Of a stretch of 64,000 nt of DNA, positions 1-8,910 are shown one piece after another. The notes beneath the pieces were generated by a model that was not told the DNA's origin, did no database searches, and saw only the letters and a list, made by a program, of their open reading frames with translations. The DNA is from Escherichia coli (lineage in GTDB: Bacteria > Pseudomonadota > Gammaproteobacteria > Enterobacterales > Enterobacteriaceae): the NCBI RefSeq assembly GCF_029227855.1, contig NZ_CP074356.1. One strand, written 5' to 3'. Position 1 is the stretch's first letter, and the number at the start of each line of letters is the position of its first letter. A program made the position numbers and the translations under genes.

Positions 1-672
1 CGAAAGCGTGGCTGGTTTGGCGACAATCTCCTGATGTTCGCTGACCAGATCCGGCGTCTTAACCTGCAACACCGCACGCGCAATAACCGGTTCGCTGTCC
101 GGCACTTTTTCCGTTTTACGCTCGACCTGCGGGCGCGCGTTCACACGGGTTAGTTCAGGTTTCGGGCGAGCTGGCTGTGTTGAGACGCGCGGCTGCGTCG
201 GTGCAATGGCATGTAAATCTTCACTGGCGTAAGTCGCCAGTCTGGCCTGCTGTTCAGGTTTCGCCTGCGGCAACTGACTGATCAGCTCCTGCAACTGCGG
301 CGGCAACGGCGTGAGTTCCTGCTGCTGCGTCGGGCGTTGCGCCGCGTTTTGCACCACCGCTTTCGTCAATTGCTGGATAACCGGCGATGTTGCGACGTTT
401 CGCGGCTGCGGCGTGTCCTGATGCGGCGCGGCAGGTTGCGGAAGTAACAGCGCCATTAGCGCCTGCATCGCCACCGGATCGTTCTCCTGCGGGCGCGTCG
501 CCTGTTGCTGACTGGTTTTTGCGCTATGAACGCGCTCCGCCACCGCCGCGACCGCCATTTTCGGCAGGGTAAACGCGGGCGCGTTTTCACCGCTCACCGG
601 CGGTAAAATATCCGCTTTCAGCGACGCTGTTTCCGCAAGCGTTCCGAGCGTGGCAAGCAATGCCGGATTCAT
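1..672 (-). CDS. lafE: hook-length control protein FliK-like (Flag-2 LafE), N-terminal part only; gene runs off the window start
   Basis: Hand translation of the minus strand from ATG at 672-670 (overlapping the TGA of the upstream fliT-like gene) is open for 224 codons to position 1 (MNPALLATLGTLAE...), Pro/Gln-rich as in FliK N-termini; not in the ORF track because no stop lies inside the window. Assignment by position after fliS/fliT and composition. Confidence 0.5.
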   Translation of the reverse strand, partial: MNPALLATLGTLAETASLKADILPPVSGENAPAFTLPKMAVAAVAERVHSAKTSQQQATRPQENDPVAMQALMALLLPQPAAPHQDTPQPRNVATSPVIQQLTKAVVQNAAQRPTQQQELTPLPPQLQELISQLPQAKPEQQARLATYASEDLHAIAPTQPRVSTQPARPKPELTRVNARPQVERKTEKVPDSEPVIARAVLQVKTPDLVSEHQEIVAKPATLS

Positions 673-980
673 GACTTCTCCGAAAGTAAATTAACAATTG
701 AGTAGGCGAGCACACCTTCCTGATGCCGCTGATGCTGTTCCATACGCGCTTTCAACACTTCTGCGCGCTGCTCGCGCCGTTTAATCAGGGCATTAAACGC
801 GCCGTACAGCTGTGCCTTCACCGCATCCAACTGCGCCGCGTCGGTTTCCGCCGCCGCGTAATCGTGAAACTGGCGCATCAACTGCTGATGCAGTGCCGGA
901 AGGCGTCGCCAGCGTTGCTTGTCGAGGGCTTCATTCATCGCCTCGACCAATGCGAAAAGTTGCCTGCGTTGTTTTTCCAT
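669..980 (-). CDS. lafD: FliT-like flagellar export chaperone (Flag-2 LafD), 103 aa
   Basis: ORF track; small helical protein immediately downstream of fliS in the fliD-fliS-fliT order; start/stop overlap with neighbours. Assignment mainly positional. Confidence 0.45.
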   Translation of the reverse strand: MEKQRRQLFALVEAMNEALDKQRWRRLPALHQQLMRQFHDYAAAETDAAQLDAVKAQLYGAFNALIKRREQRAEVLKARMEQHQRHQEGVLAYSIVNLLSEKS

Positions 981-984
981 CGTC

Positions 985-1377
985 TTAACCCAGCTTGCCC
1001 GAAAGCCCTTCCCAGCCTTCGCGCAGGTTGCTTAAGATCAGCATCACTTCATCGATTTTCTCTGCCGACAATTCGCCGCTGGCTTCATACAATCGGTAAA
1101 CGCAGTGGTCATAGAGTCGCGAAAGGTTCACCACCAGCTCGCCGCCAGTTTCAAACTCCAGCGAACTGGTGAGCGCATTGAGAATGTCGATGCATTTATT
1201 GATGCTCTGGGCTTTCTTCTCGAAACGCCGCCCTTCAATATGGCTTTTGGCGCGTTCCAGCTCGTCCATCAGGCCAGAAAACAGCACCAGCACCAGTTCC
1301 AGAGGCGATGCCGCCGCAGTACGCGCCGCGAGATCGATCTCTTTATATTGCGAATAGCCGTCCTGTACTTGGTACAT
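985..1377 (-). CDS. lafC: flagellin-specific chaperone FliS (Flag-2 LafC), 130 aa
   Basis: ORF track protein MYQVQDGYSQYKEIDLAARTAAASPLELVLVLF... matches the FliS family by eye; located after fliD. Confidence 0.85.
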   Translation of the reverse strand: MYQVQDGYSQYKEIDLAARTAAASPLELVLVLFSGLMDELERAKSHIEGRRFEKKAQSINKCIDILNALTSSLEFETGGELVVNLSRLYDHCVYRLYEASGELSAEKIDEVMLILSNLREGWEGLSGKLG

Positions 1378-1399
1378 CTTTAGGGATATTCCTTCTGAG

Positions 1400-2716
1400 T
1401 TACGCGAATGCCGCCATGCTGGCTTTCATGGTGTACACCTCGACCAGCGTGTTGGTGTACTCCTCGAGATAACGGTCGTAGTTGGCGTTATAGGTATCAG
1501 TAAGCTGATCGCCTTCGTCCTGAATTTTGCTCATCTGATCGTCAATGTTCTGCTGGCGCAGGGTGATGATGCCGTTGCTGGAGTCCGTGTAGGTGTTAAT
1601 CAGGTCGTCCATCTGCGCTACCATGCTGTTGTCGCCAACGAAAATAGAGGTCAGACCGTCAGGATTTTTCGCCATTTCGTCGTTGAACTGGTCGGAGTCA
1701 ATCTGTAAGTGGCCGTGAGAATCGAGGGTGATGCCATAGTCAACAATCGACACGCCGTTGTAGCTGACATGGGCGATGTCATCGAGCTGGTTCGCCAGTG
1801 AACTGAGTCCGGCGTCGCCTGCAAATACCCCGGCGCTGGTACTGTCATCACCGTGAGTGGTTAGCGAATCAACCGTATCGATCAGGGTGTTATAGGCATC
1901 GACAAAGGTCTGCACTTTCTCCTGGCTGGCGCTGGAATCTTCGCTAATGTTAAAGGTAGTGAGGTCGCTGTCAGAATCGCTGACTTCGGTGAAAGTCATG
2001 GTGACGCCGGGGATCACATCATCAAACGTATTGCTGCTGTTTGTGATCTCAGGCCCCGTGGCGCTGCCAAGATGAATAATCGCGTCCTGAGCGGAGGAAA
2101 CATCCGTGGCAACGGGCGCGCTGGTGCTATCGTTGCTGCCGTCATGCCCCGTTACGCTCACCGAAAATGCGCTCTGCGCCCCGGTGCTATCGGAGGTGAG
2201 CATAATCGTGGTGGTGCCGTCGGTTTTTACCAGTGCCGCCGACACGCCCGGATTGTCATCAGAGTCGTTAATCGCATTCACCAGCTCGCTGGCGTCGATA
2301 AAACCGTCGCCGTCACCGTTCTGATCTGCCGCCGACAGATCAATATCCATGGTGCTGTCGCCCATCGTCAGTTCAAAAGTGCCGGTGGCGGAAAAGGTGT
2401 CGTCGCCCATACTGAACGTGGTTTGCTGCCCCTGCGCCAGTTGCTCAACGAAAAACGAGTAGCTTCCCGCCTGTGCCTGCGAGTTAGCGGAAACGGTCGC
2501 CGAGTCATTATTGCTGGTGGCGGCAAACGTCACCGGGCCGTCAGTATCGCTGTTCAGCGCGTCAACGGCGCTCTGAAAATCGCTCAACGCTGAGCTGAGC
2601 GAGTCCAGGCCGCTGCTTTCAGCGTCCAGCTCGGTCTGCTTCTCCTGCAAATTTGCCGCCTGGGTGGCGACATCCGCATAAGCAATTTCTTGCGCAATGG
2701 TTCTTGGGTTAATCAT
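1400..2716 (-). CDS. lafB: filament cap protein FliD/HAP2 (Flag-2 LafB), 438 aa
   Basis: ORF track; N- and C-terminal axial-protein heptads, Ser/Thr/Asp-rich central domain; GGAG Shine-Dalgarno before ATG at 2716. Confidence 0.8.
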   Translation of the reverse strand: MINPRTIAQEIAYADVATQAANLQEKQTELDAESSGLDSLSSALSDFQSAVDALNSDTDGPVTFAATSNNDSATVSANSQAQAGSYSFFVEQLAQGQQTTFSMGDDTFSATGTFELTMGDSTMDIDLSAADQNGDGDGFIDASELVNAINDSDDNPGVSAALVKTDGTTTIMLTSDSTGAQSAFSVSVTGHDGSNDSTSAPVATDVSSAQDAIIHLGSATGPEITNSSNTFDDVIPGVTMTFTEVSDSDSDLTTFNISEDSSASQEKVQTFVDAYNTLIDTVDSLTTHGDDSTSAGVFAGDAGLSSLANQLDDIAHVSYNGVSIVDYGITLDSHGHLQIDSDQFNDEMAKNPDGLTSIFVGDNSMVAQMDDLINTYTDSSNGIITLRQQNIDDQMSKIQDEGDQLTDTYNANYDRYLEEYTNTLVEVYTMKASMAAFA

Positions 2717-2747
2717 TGATGACTCCGGGTAACGATGTCAGGTTAAT

Positions 2748-2763
2748 GGCAAAAGGCGTGCCA
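2748..2763 (-). promoter_or_regulatory. candidate sigma54 (-24/-12) promoter for the lafB (fliD) operon
   Basis: Minus-strand sequence TGGCACGCCTTTTGCC matches TGGCACG-N4-TTGC; lies about 30 nt upstream of the lafB start codon. Confidence 0.5.
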
Positions 2764-2850
2764 ATATTTTTTATGTGAATAATCAATAGATTGAAAAACA
2801 GGCGGAAATGACGTTTCCGGTCTGGCGGAAAAAAGCCTGCCGCAGAAAGC

Positions 2851-2876
2851 ACAACACCGCCTGCAGGCGGTGTTGT
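2851..2876 (-). terminator. hairpin downstream of flagellin gene (possible intrinsic terminator)
   Basis: Perfect 11-bp inverted repeat acaacaccgcc/ggcggtgttgt with 4-nt loop; on the minus strand a T6 run follows about 14 nt after the stem, so the U-tract is not immediately adjacent. Confidence 0.4.
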
Positions 2877-2920
2877 TCGTGGCCGGGTAAGGCGTTTACG
2901 CCGCATCGGCAAGTCCGCCA

Positions 2921-3835
2921 TTACTGCAGCAGGCTGGAAACCATGCTGGACATGCTGTTGGACTGTTTCAGCATGGTGATGCCGGTCTGCATCAGCACCT
3001 GTTGTTTGGTCATGTTGGACGCTTCCGTCGCGTAGTCGGTATCCATGATGTTACCGATAGCAACTTCGGTGTTGTCCTGCATGCTGGTCAGGTTATTAGC
3101 CGTGTCGTTCAGACGGTTGATAGACGCACCCAGTTTGGACTGGATCTGAGACACGTCATCCATCGCGGTAGAGATGCTGGTGATCATCTGGTTAGCCGAG
3201 CCAGACGCAGTCAGCTCAGTACCGCCAGAAACGCCTGCGGTGCCCGTGGTGTCAGCCTGATCCGCACTAAAGGAGCTGCTGATAGCAGAAAGATCAGTCA
3301 CCAGGGTATTCAGCTGGCTTGAAATATTCACGGTCATGGTGTCGGAAGATTCCGCGCCCACCTGGAAAGTTACCGCGCTCTGGAACAGACCGTCAGTACC
3401 GGTGTTGCTGGTGCCGGAAACACCGAACAGGTTGGTGCCGCCGTAAGTGGTGTTTTGCAGCATGTCAGACATCTGCTGGCCCAGTTCGTCGTATTCGTCC
3501 TGCATCGCCTGCAGGTCGTCGTCGCTGTAGGTGCCGTTCGCTGCCTGAGTTGACAGGTCTTTCATACGACCCAGCACGTCAGACATTTCGTCGAACATGC
3601 TGTCAGCGGTTTGCAGCATCGCGGTGGCATCATTGATGTTGCTCAGCGCCACCCCCATACCGCTGGACTGTGCTGTCAGACGGTTAGCAATTTGTTTGCC
3701 TGCGGCGTCATCGGCAGAAGAGTTAATCCGGTTACCTGTCGCCAGGCGTTCCATAGATGTAGACAGAGAAGAGCTGCTTTTGCTGATTGCATTAACGGCG
3801 GCCATTGAGGCGTTATTGGTGTTAATAGATAACAT
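2921..3835 (-). CDS. lafA: lateral-type flagellin (Flag-2 LafA), 304 aa
   Basis: ORF track; start placed at internal ATG giving MLSINTNNASMAAVNAI... (flagellin N-terminus) with AGGAG Shine-Dalgarno; ends ...SSLLQ; the longer track ORF (from 3901) is an upstream in-frame extension. Confidence 0.9.
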   Translation of the reverse strand: MLSINTNNASMAAVNAISKSSSSLSTSMERLATGNRINSSADDAAGKQIANRLTAQSSGMGVALSNINDATAMLQTADSMFDEMSDVLGRMKDLSTQAANGTYSDDDLQAMQDEYDELGQQMSDMLQNTTYGGTNLFGVSGTSNTGTDGLFQSAVTFQVGAESSDTMTVNISSQLNTLVTDLSAISSSFSADQADTTGTAGVSGGTELTASGSANQMITSISTAMDDVSQIQSKLGASINRLNDTANNLTSMQDNTEVAIGNIMDTDYATEASNMTKQQVLMQTGITMLKQSNSMSSMVSSLLQ

Positions 3836-4271
3836 GATACTGCTCCTTGGGATTAATCGTTTTCGTTTCGATACCCTGTAAAAACGACACCTCGGGAGCA
3901 AACTTAAAACCGCCGTTAAAATTTTTTCGCCACGTATTATCCGATGCCACTTTTAGCTAAAAAAAAACAGAGTTTAAATTCAGATAAAAAGATTATTAGC
4001 AATATCTGCCACATGGCCAGGTATCAAAATATGTCTTTATCAATTGCTTGATATAGTTAAGATTATCATCAATTACCGCGTTTTCTTATCAATGTACTGA
4101 TGCCAAAATTTACATTGCGTTGCAAATAGTACACATTTGGCTATTGTACCTGTCCTGTCATTTCGTTACATTTCCACGCTATATAGTGATTAAGAATAAT
4201 CTTATCACCATAAAATTATTAATTATCACGCAGAAAAATCATCTTCTCAGGGACGTATAAGACTGTGCTTT

Positions 4272-5165
4272 ATGCAAAGCACTATCAGGAAACATTTATC
4301 CCTTGCTAAGGTAAACTCAACTATGAGTATTATTATCAACAACTGGCGGATGGACCCGTCGCTTAATGCCTTAATACATTGCGAAACGGGTGAAACACGT
4401 CGTCTCGGCGAATACCATTTTATTTTGCTGGAAACATTAGCAAAAAATGCCGATGTGGTTTTATCGCGATCTTATTTATGTGCCGAAGTATGGAAGAACC
4501 GCATTGTCGGCGGTAACAGCCTGCCGACGGCGATCCACGCTCTGCGCGTTGCCATTGATGATGACGGCAAGCAACAGAACATTATTAAAACTATCCCGAA
4601 AAAAGGGTACCTGTGCAATAAAGAGTATGTGTCTTTGCCGGAGTCATCGCCTGCGGAAGCGCTGATTATTACCGACCAGATACAGGAAACAGTACCAGAA
4701 GAGATATCTTCTACAACACCGCCTGTGCCTGTTAGAAAAAAACATAAAGGACTGATGGGGTTAGCGTTGACCGCGGCTGTTATATTTATTGGCTCGACCG
4801 TGGGGTATTCACACTTGAAAAGTACACCTGACGCCCCGCAACTGGTAAAAGAGTCAATTAACAGTCCAAGAATAAAAATATTTCATCTTAGTTCTGGAAA
4901 AGAAAATAATTCCGCACCGTTACTGTCACAAACCCTCGCACCAGGAAAAGACAAACTCGATAATTTATTGTCAGCGCATAATATGACAATGACAACCTAT
5001 TATAAATATGTTCGTAACCGACTGGAGAGTGATATTGTTCTGCGCAACCAGTGCAATGGTAGCTGGCAATTAACCTTTAATGTGGATGAGTGGCAGAATA
5101 GCGATATTAATAGCGCGATGTATCAGAATTTAGAGAAGTTGTTAAATACTGTGCAGAAATGCTGA
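4272..5165 (+). CDS. ToxR/CadC-like membrane-anchored transcriptional regulator (winged-helix OmpR-type DNA-binding domain, one TM segment, periplasmic domain); possibly the Flag-2 lafZ
   Basis: ORF track; N-terminal region ...YLCAEVWKNRIVGGNSLPTAIHALRVAIDD... resembles trans_reg_C winged helix; hydrophobic stretch GLMGLALTAAVIFIGSTVGY; AT-rich gene and upstream region. The true start may be the ATG at 4323. Confidence 0.6.
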   Translation: MQSTIRKHLSLAKVNSTMSIIINNWRMDPSLNALIHCETGETRRLGEYHFILLETLAKNADVVLSRSYLCAEVWKNRIVGGNSLPTAIHALRVAIDDDGKQQNIIKTIPKKGYLCNKEYVSLPESSPAEALIITDQIQETVPEEISSTTPPVPVRKKHKGLMGLALTAAVIFIGSTVGYSHLKSTPDAPQLVKESINSPRIKIFHLSSGKENNSAPLLSQTLAPGKDKLDNLLSAHNMTMTTYYKYVRNRLESDIVLRNQCNGSWQLTFNVDEWQNSDINSAMYQNLEKLLNTVQKC

Positions 5166-5180
5166 CGAGTGCCAATATCA

Positions 5181-5213
5181 GCCGGATGCGACGCTAAAGG
5201 CGTCTTATCCGGC
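5181..5213. repeat. REP (repetitive extragenic palindromic) element
   Basis: gccggatgcgacgctaaaggcgtcttatccggc, close to the enterobacterial REP consensus; sits between convergent genes. Confidence 0.6.
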
Positions 5214-5219
5214 TGATAA

Positions 5220-6197
5220 TTACCCCAATAAATTCCTCACCGTCTGACTGGAAATTCGCGCCTGACCATTCACCGCCTGCAATAAAACTTGATAGTTATG
5301 ATTGGCGCTATCCAGCACGCCGCCGAGATTTTCCGACGCCTGCACGGCGCTTTCCGTTTGCGGGAAGCGCGACATGCCGTCGATCAACTGCCGCGCCTTT
5401 TCCTGCTGTACCGCCATCTGCACACGCTGCTGATTAATGCTTTCTAACGTCTGAGAAATCCCCGCTCCGCCCTGTTGCAGGCTTTGCACTAAGCGGTCCG
5501 CCTGCGACGGTTCGGCAAAGGTTTTTAGTGGCATAAACGCTGATTTATCACCATCGGTGCGCACGCTTAGGGTGCTTTCAATGTTGGGCCACTGTTTTTC
5601 AGTGGTGGAGAAACTTATACCATCGGCGTTTTGATGCATCTGCACGCCCACGCGGCGCAGGGCGTTGGTCAGCCGCGTCTGGTACTGCCCAGCGCTGTCA
5701 TCCTCAGACAGCATCACCGCCGAAAGCTGAGTCTGCCGCCCGTCAGAGACGCTGAACATGCGCGTTCCCGGCGTGGGATTGTGTACGAGATTCGCCAGAT
5801 CCGGCGAGTGAAAAGTCACCCGCGCTTCCCCCTGCAACACTGGCTGCAACTGGCGGTCCACCGCACCGCCGGAAAGCGCGGTGCGTTTGTCCAGCATCTG
5901 CATCAGCGCCGAACTCTGCGCCTGCCCGCCCTTACGCTGGCTATGACGATAATCGAGCAACTGCTGCTCCAGTTGCCCGAGATAGTGATCCGCCTGCTGC
6001 AACGTGGTGAGCTGGTCGTTAAGCTGCACGCTGTAACGCTGCGGGCGAGTGGTAATCAGCGGCGAGGCCGGATATTCACTCGCCGTCGCCGGGAGTTTTT
6101 GCCGCACCTCCTGAGTGGGCGCAACGGTTGACGACGATACCGCAACGCTATGCGCGCCGCCGGTGGCGAGTGACGAAGATGTAAATCCGACCTGCAT
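5220..6197 (-). CDS. hypothetical Flag-2 protein, 325 aa, with flagellar axial-protein-like C-terminus (possibly lafW)
   Basis: ORF track; C-terminus ...NHNYQVLLQAVNGQARISSQTVRNLLG resembles the C-terminal helix of flagellar export substrates; directly downstream of flgL in the same orientation. Confidence 0.4.
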   Translation of the reverse strand: MQVGFTSSSLATGGAHSVAVSSSTVAPTQEVRQKLPATASEYPASPLITTRPQRYSVQLNDQLTTLQQADHYLGQLEQQLLDYRHSQRKGGQAQSSALMQMLDKRTALSGGAVDRQLQPVLQGEARVTFHSPDLANLVHNPTPGTRMFSVSDGRQTQLSAVMLSEDDSAGQYQTRLTNALRRVGVQMHQNADGISFSTTEKQWPNIESTLSVRTDGDKSAFMPLKTFAEPSQADRLVQSLQQGGAGISQTLESINQQRVQMAVQQEKARQLIDGMSRFPQTESAVQASENLGGVLDSANHNYQVLLQAVNGQARISSQTVRNLLG

Positions 6198-6213
6198 ACT
6201 GTTCCTGAAAGAG

Positions 6214-7143
6214 TTAGAGAACGCTGAACAAATTCAACTCACTCACTTTCGAGTAAGTCTTGAGGGTAGCTTCCATTGCTACTTCCAGTCCGGTAAAGGT
6301 GATCGACGCCGGGCCGTAATCGAGATCCTGTAATGAACCAATCAGCTCATCATTAGAGGTAGAGATATCGGTCTGCGCATCGCTCAACATCGACATGGTG
6401 TTCTGCGTCTCGCCGAGCGACGCAATCGAGGCGTTGAGGTTATCCGAGGCGGTGTCCACCACATCAACGGCGTTCTGAATATCGCTCTGCACCTGCGGAT
6501 CGGCCGGGTCAACGTTTGGGTCTTGCAACTCCTGGGAGAGCGAATTGAGCGTGTTGAGCACATCTAAATTGCTGCCGAAGAAATCGCTCGCCGCCACGTT
6601 GGTATCCACTTCCACGCCGTTCGACACCGTGGTCTGGCGGTGGTCGCTGTTGCCCTGATAGCTGTAGCTATCGGTCACGCCGTCGCCGTCATCGTCCACC
6701 GCCACAATCGGCGGCTGATCGTTGATAGTGCCGCCAAACACGTAGTGCCCGTCTTCGTCCTGATAGTTCAGCGCCGCGACCATTGATTCGGTGAGCGACT
6801 CAATATCCTGCCCGAGACTTGCGAGCGAATCGGCGGTATTGGTGCCATTCGCCGCTTCCAGCAGGTCGTCGCGCACCGCCAGCAGGCTGTTGTTGACGCC
6901 ATCAAGGATTGATTCCTGCTGACTTAACCCCGCCGACGCGGAGTCGATATTGCTCTGATACTGCTCAATCGCCGACTGTTGGCGGTTCAACTGGGTGATG
7001 CGCGTGGCGGCGATCGGGTCATCCGACGGCTGCAAAATCTGCTTGCCGGTTGCCATCTGCTCGACCACATGCGCCAGATCGCCGGAGAGATTATTAAAAC
7101 TTTGCGTCATCGAGACGTAGGTTTGTTGGGTGGTTACTTGCAT
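6214..7143 (-). CDS. lfgL: hook-associated protein FlgL/HAP3 (Flag-2 LfgL)
   Basis: ORF track; start moved to the internal ATG (MQVTTQQTYVSM...) preceded by a GGGAG Shine-Dalgarno, 14 bp after the flgK stop. Confidence 0.8.
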   Translation of the reverse strand: MQVTTQQTYVSMTQSFNNLSGDLAHVVEQMATGKQILQPSDDPIAATRITQLNRQQSAIEQYQSNIDSASAGLSQQESILDGVNNSLLAVRDDLLEAANGTNTADSLASLGQDIESLTESMVAALNYQDEDGHYVFGGTINDQPPIVAVDDDGDGVTDSYSYQGNSDHRQTTVSNGVEVDTNVAASDFFGSNLDVLNTLNSLSQELQDPNVDPADPQVQSDIQNAVDVVDTASDNLNASIASLGETQNTMSMLSDAQTDISTSNDELIGSLQDLDYGPASITFTGLEVAMEATLKTYSKVSELNLFSVL

Positions 7144-7157
7144 TTTCGCGCTCCCGC

Positions 7158-8534
7158 TTAGCTGCACATTTCCAGCACCGAATCGAAAATCTCGGCCCCG
7201 GCGGAAATGACTTTCAGATTGGCTTCATAAATTTGTTGATAGGTGATCAGGTTAACCGCCTCTTCGTCCATGCTGACGCCGCTGACGCTGCTCTGCTGGT
7301 TTTGCGCTGCGGAATAGACATTGGACGCGGCATCGACTTCCGTCTGGTTTTGCTGGCTGTAAATGCCGATATTGCTGATGATTGACGAGCACGCCTGCCC
7401 GACCGTCACGCTGCCGAGGTTGGCTATTTCCAGCGGTTCGGTGGAGATATTGATCAGCGCCTGGAGGTTGTCGCTGTTGCCGCTTTCGTCCGGCGAACTG
7501 GAGAACGCCAGCTCATCGGCGGTGATATCCGGGTTAACGGTCAGCGGGCCATCGGCGTTGCTGGCGTCATAAATAAACAGCGGCTCGCCGGGGTTACCGT
7601 TGAGATCGTAGCCCTGCGCCAGCTGGTTGTTAACCGCATCGGCGAACTGCGACGCCATACTGTTGATGGTGTCGGTCAGCGGCGTCAGCACGTCGTTTTG
7701 ATAATCAAACAGTGCGCCTAATGAACCGCCGGTGTCGGTAGTCATCGTCGAGGTGGTGCCAGCGAAAGTCAGCGACATGGTCGGCGTGCCGTCGGCGTTG
7801 GTTTCCAGCTCGATGGTCGAGCTTTGCTGCCCGCTCACCAGCGGTTGACCGTTTTTCAGGGTAACGTTGTAGTTGCCCTGGTCGTCGATATTGACCTGCA
7901 CATCCATCATGCCGCTCAGTTCTTCCACCATCTGATCGCGGGCGTCGTACAGCGCGGAGGCGTTATCGCCGTTGGCTTCGGCCTGAGCGATTTGCTGGTT
8001 ATAGCTGGCGATGCCGCTGGTGAGCGTGTTGATTTGCGACACCATTGCCTGCTGCTGGCTGATGAGTTCCGTGCTTTGCGAGTCGATGTAATCCAGCGTG
8101 TTGTCGATACGCAGCGACAGCGCCCCGGCTTCGCTGATCACCTGCTCGCGCAGGGCGGAATCATCGGGGCTGGTGGTCGCTTCGTTAAGGGCGGCGAAGA
8201 AGTTATCGAACCCGCCGCTCAGGCTGCTGTTATCGTCGTTCAGTACCGCTTCCAGTTGCGTGAGATACCCCTGCTGGGTGCTGTAATAGCCGTAATCACT
8301 GGCGGCATACCACACCTGATTCACCTGATACTGGTTAGAGACGCGGCGAATGCTGTCGACCTGCACGCCGTTACCGGCGCTGTTCGGCGAACCACCGCTG
8401 GCGCCGATGGTGCTGATCTCCGCCACCTGGCGGGTGTAGCCCGTGGTCATGGCGTTGGCGGTGTTTTGCGCCGTGACGTTCAGCTCCACCTGCGCGGTTG
8501 ATGCGCCGCTGTAGCCGATGTTAATCATATCCAT
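7158..8534 (-). CDS. lfgK: hook-associated protein FlgK/HAP1 (Flag-2 LfgK)
   Basis: ORF track, 458 aa; axial-protein N-terminus (...GASTAQVELNVTAQNTANAMTTGY) and C-terminal heptads. Confidence 0.85.
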   Translation of the reverse strand: MDMINIGYSGASTAQVELNVTAQNTANAMTTGYTRQVAEISTIGASGGSPNSAGNGVQVDSIRRVSNQYQVNQVWYAASDYGYYSTQQGYLTQLEAVLNDDNSSLSGGFDNFFAALNEATTSPDDSALREQVISEAGALSLRIDNTLDYIDSQSTELISQQQAMVSQINTLTSGIASYNQQIAQAEANGDNASALYDARDQMVEELSGMMDVQVNIDDQGNYNVTLKNGQPLVSGQQSSTIELETNADGTPTMSLTFAGTTSTMTTDTGGSLGALFDYQNDVLTPLTDTINSMASQFADAVNNQLAQGYDLNGNPGEPLFIYDASNADGPLTVNPDITADELAFSSSPDESGNSDNLQALINISTEPLEIANLGSVTVGQACSSIISNIGIYSQQNQTEVDAASNVYSAAQNQQSSVSGVSMDEEAVNLITYQQIYEANLKVISAGAEIFDSVLEMCS

Positions 8535-8610
8535 GTTGGATCCTTACCGGTAAATCGTGCCGGTTAAAAGCGGCGTTAGGTTGGGGATTCTTAAGTGGGA
8601 GGTGGTGCCC

Positions 8611-8910
8611 TCATTTATGCTTCGGCGACAACTGCTTCACAATCATCGCCGCGATCCCAATCCCGTGCTGCTGCGCCAGGGTGTTACACAACTCATCGTC
8701 ATAAAACCCCTGCATCATGCGCGCCGAATCGCTGTTAAACGGGTTATCTTTTGAATCAAACAACTCGTTGGTTTTACGCATCTCTTTGAGCATATTGCGT
8801 AAAAAAATCGCCTCAAACTGTTCGGCGGCCTGCCTGATATCATTGGCCTGAACCTTCGGCCCCATTAACGCATCGCTGCCGTCAATCCCGCCGCTGCCGT
8901 TAACTTTCAT
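8611..8910 (-). CDS. lfgJ: FlgJ rod-binding domain only (Flag-2 LfgJ), 99 aa; no muramidase domain
   Basis: ORF track; ...FEAIFLRNMLKEMRKT...MMQGFYDDELCNTLAQQHGIGIAAMIVKQL matches the FlgJ N-terminal rod-binding domain. Confidence 0.7.
   Translation of the reverse strand: MKVNGSGGIDGSDALMGPKVQANDIRQAAEQFEAIFLRNMLKEMRKTNELFDSKDNPFNSDSARMMQGFYDDELCNTLAQQHGIGIAAMIVKQLSPKHK

Noticed and set aside
723-1383. Plus-strand ORFs (149, 92 and 62 aa) overlapping the fliT and fliS genes
   Set aside because: Antisense to well-supported flagellar genes; their translations are Arg/Leu/His-rich low-complexity sequences typical of spurious ORFs in GC-rich coding DNA.
3836-3960. Sigma-28 promoter upstream of the flagellin gene
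   Set aside because: Only partial matches (TAAGTTT; TCGGATAA) at the wrong spacing relative to the E. coli TAAAGTTT-N11-GCCGATAA consensus; the lateral-system sigma-28 may use a different consensus, so I could not call it.
7824-8501. 225-aa plus-strand ORF inside flgK
   Set aside because: Fully antisense to flgK, low-complexity composition, no ribosome-binding site noted.
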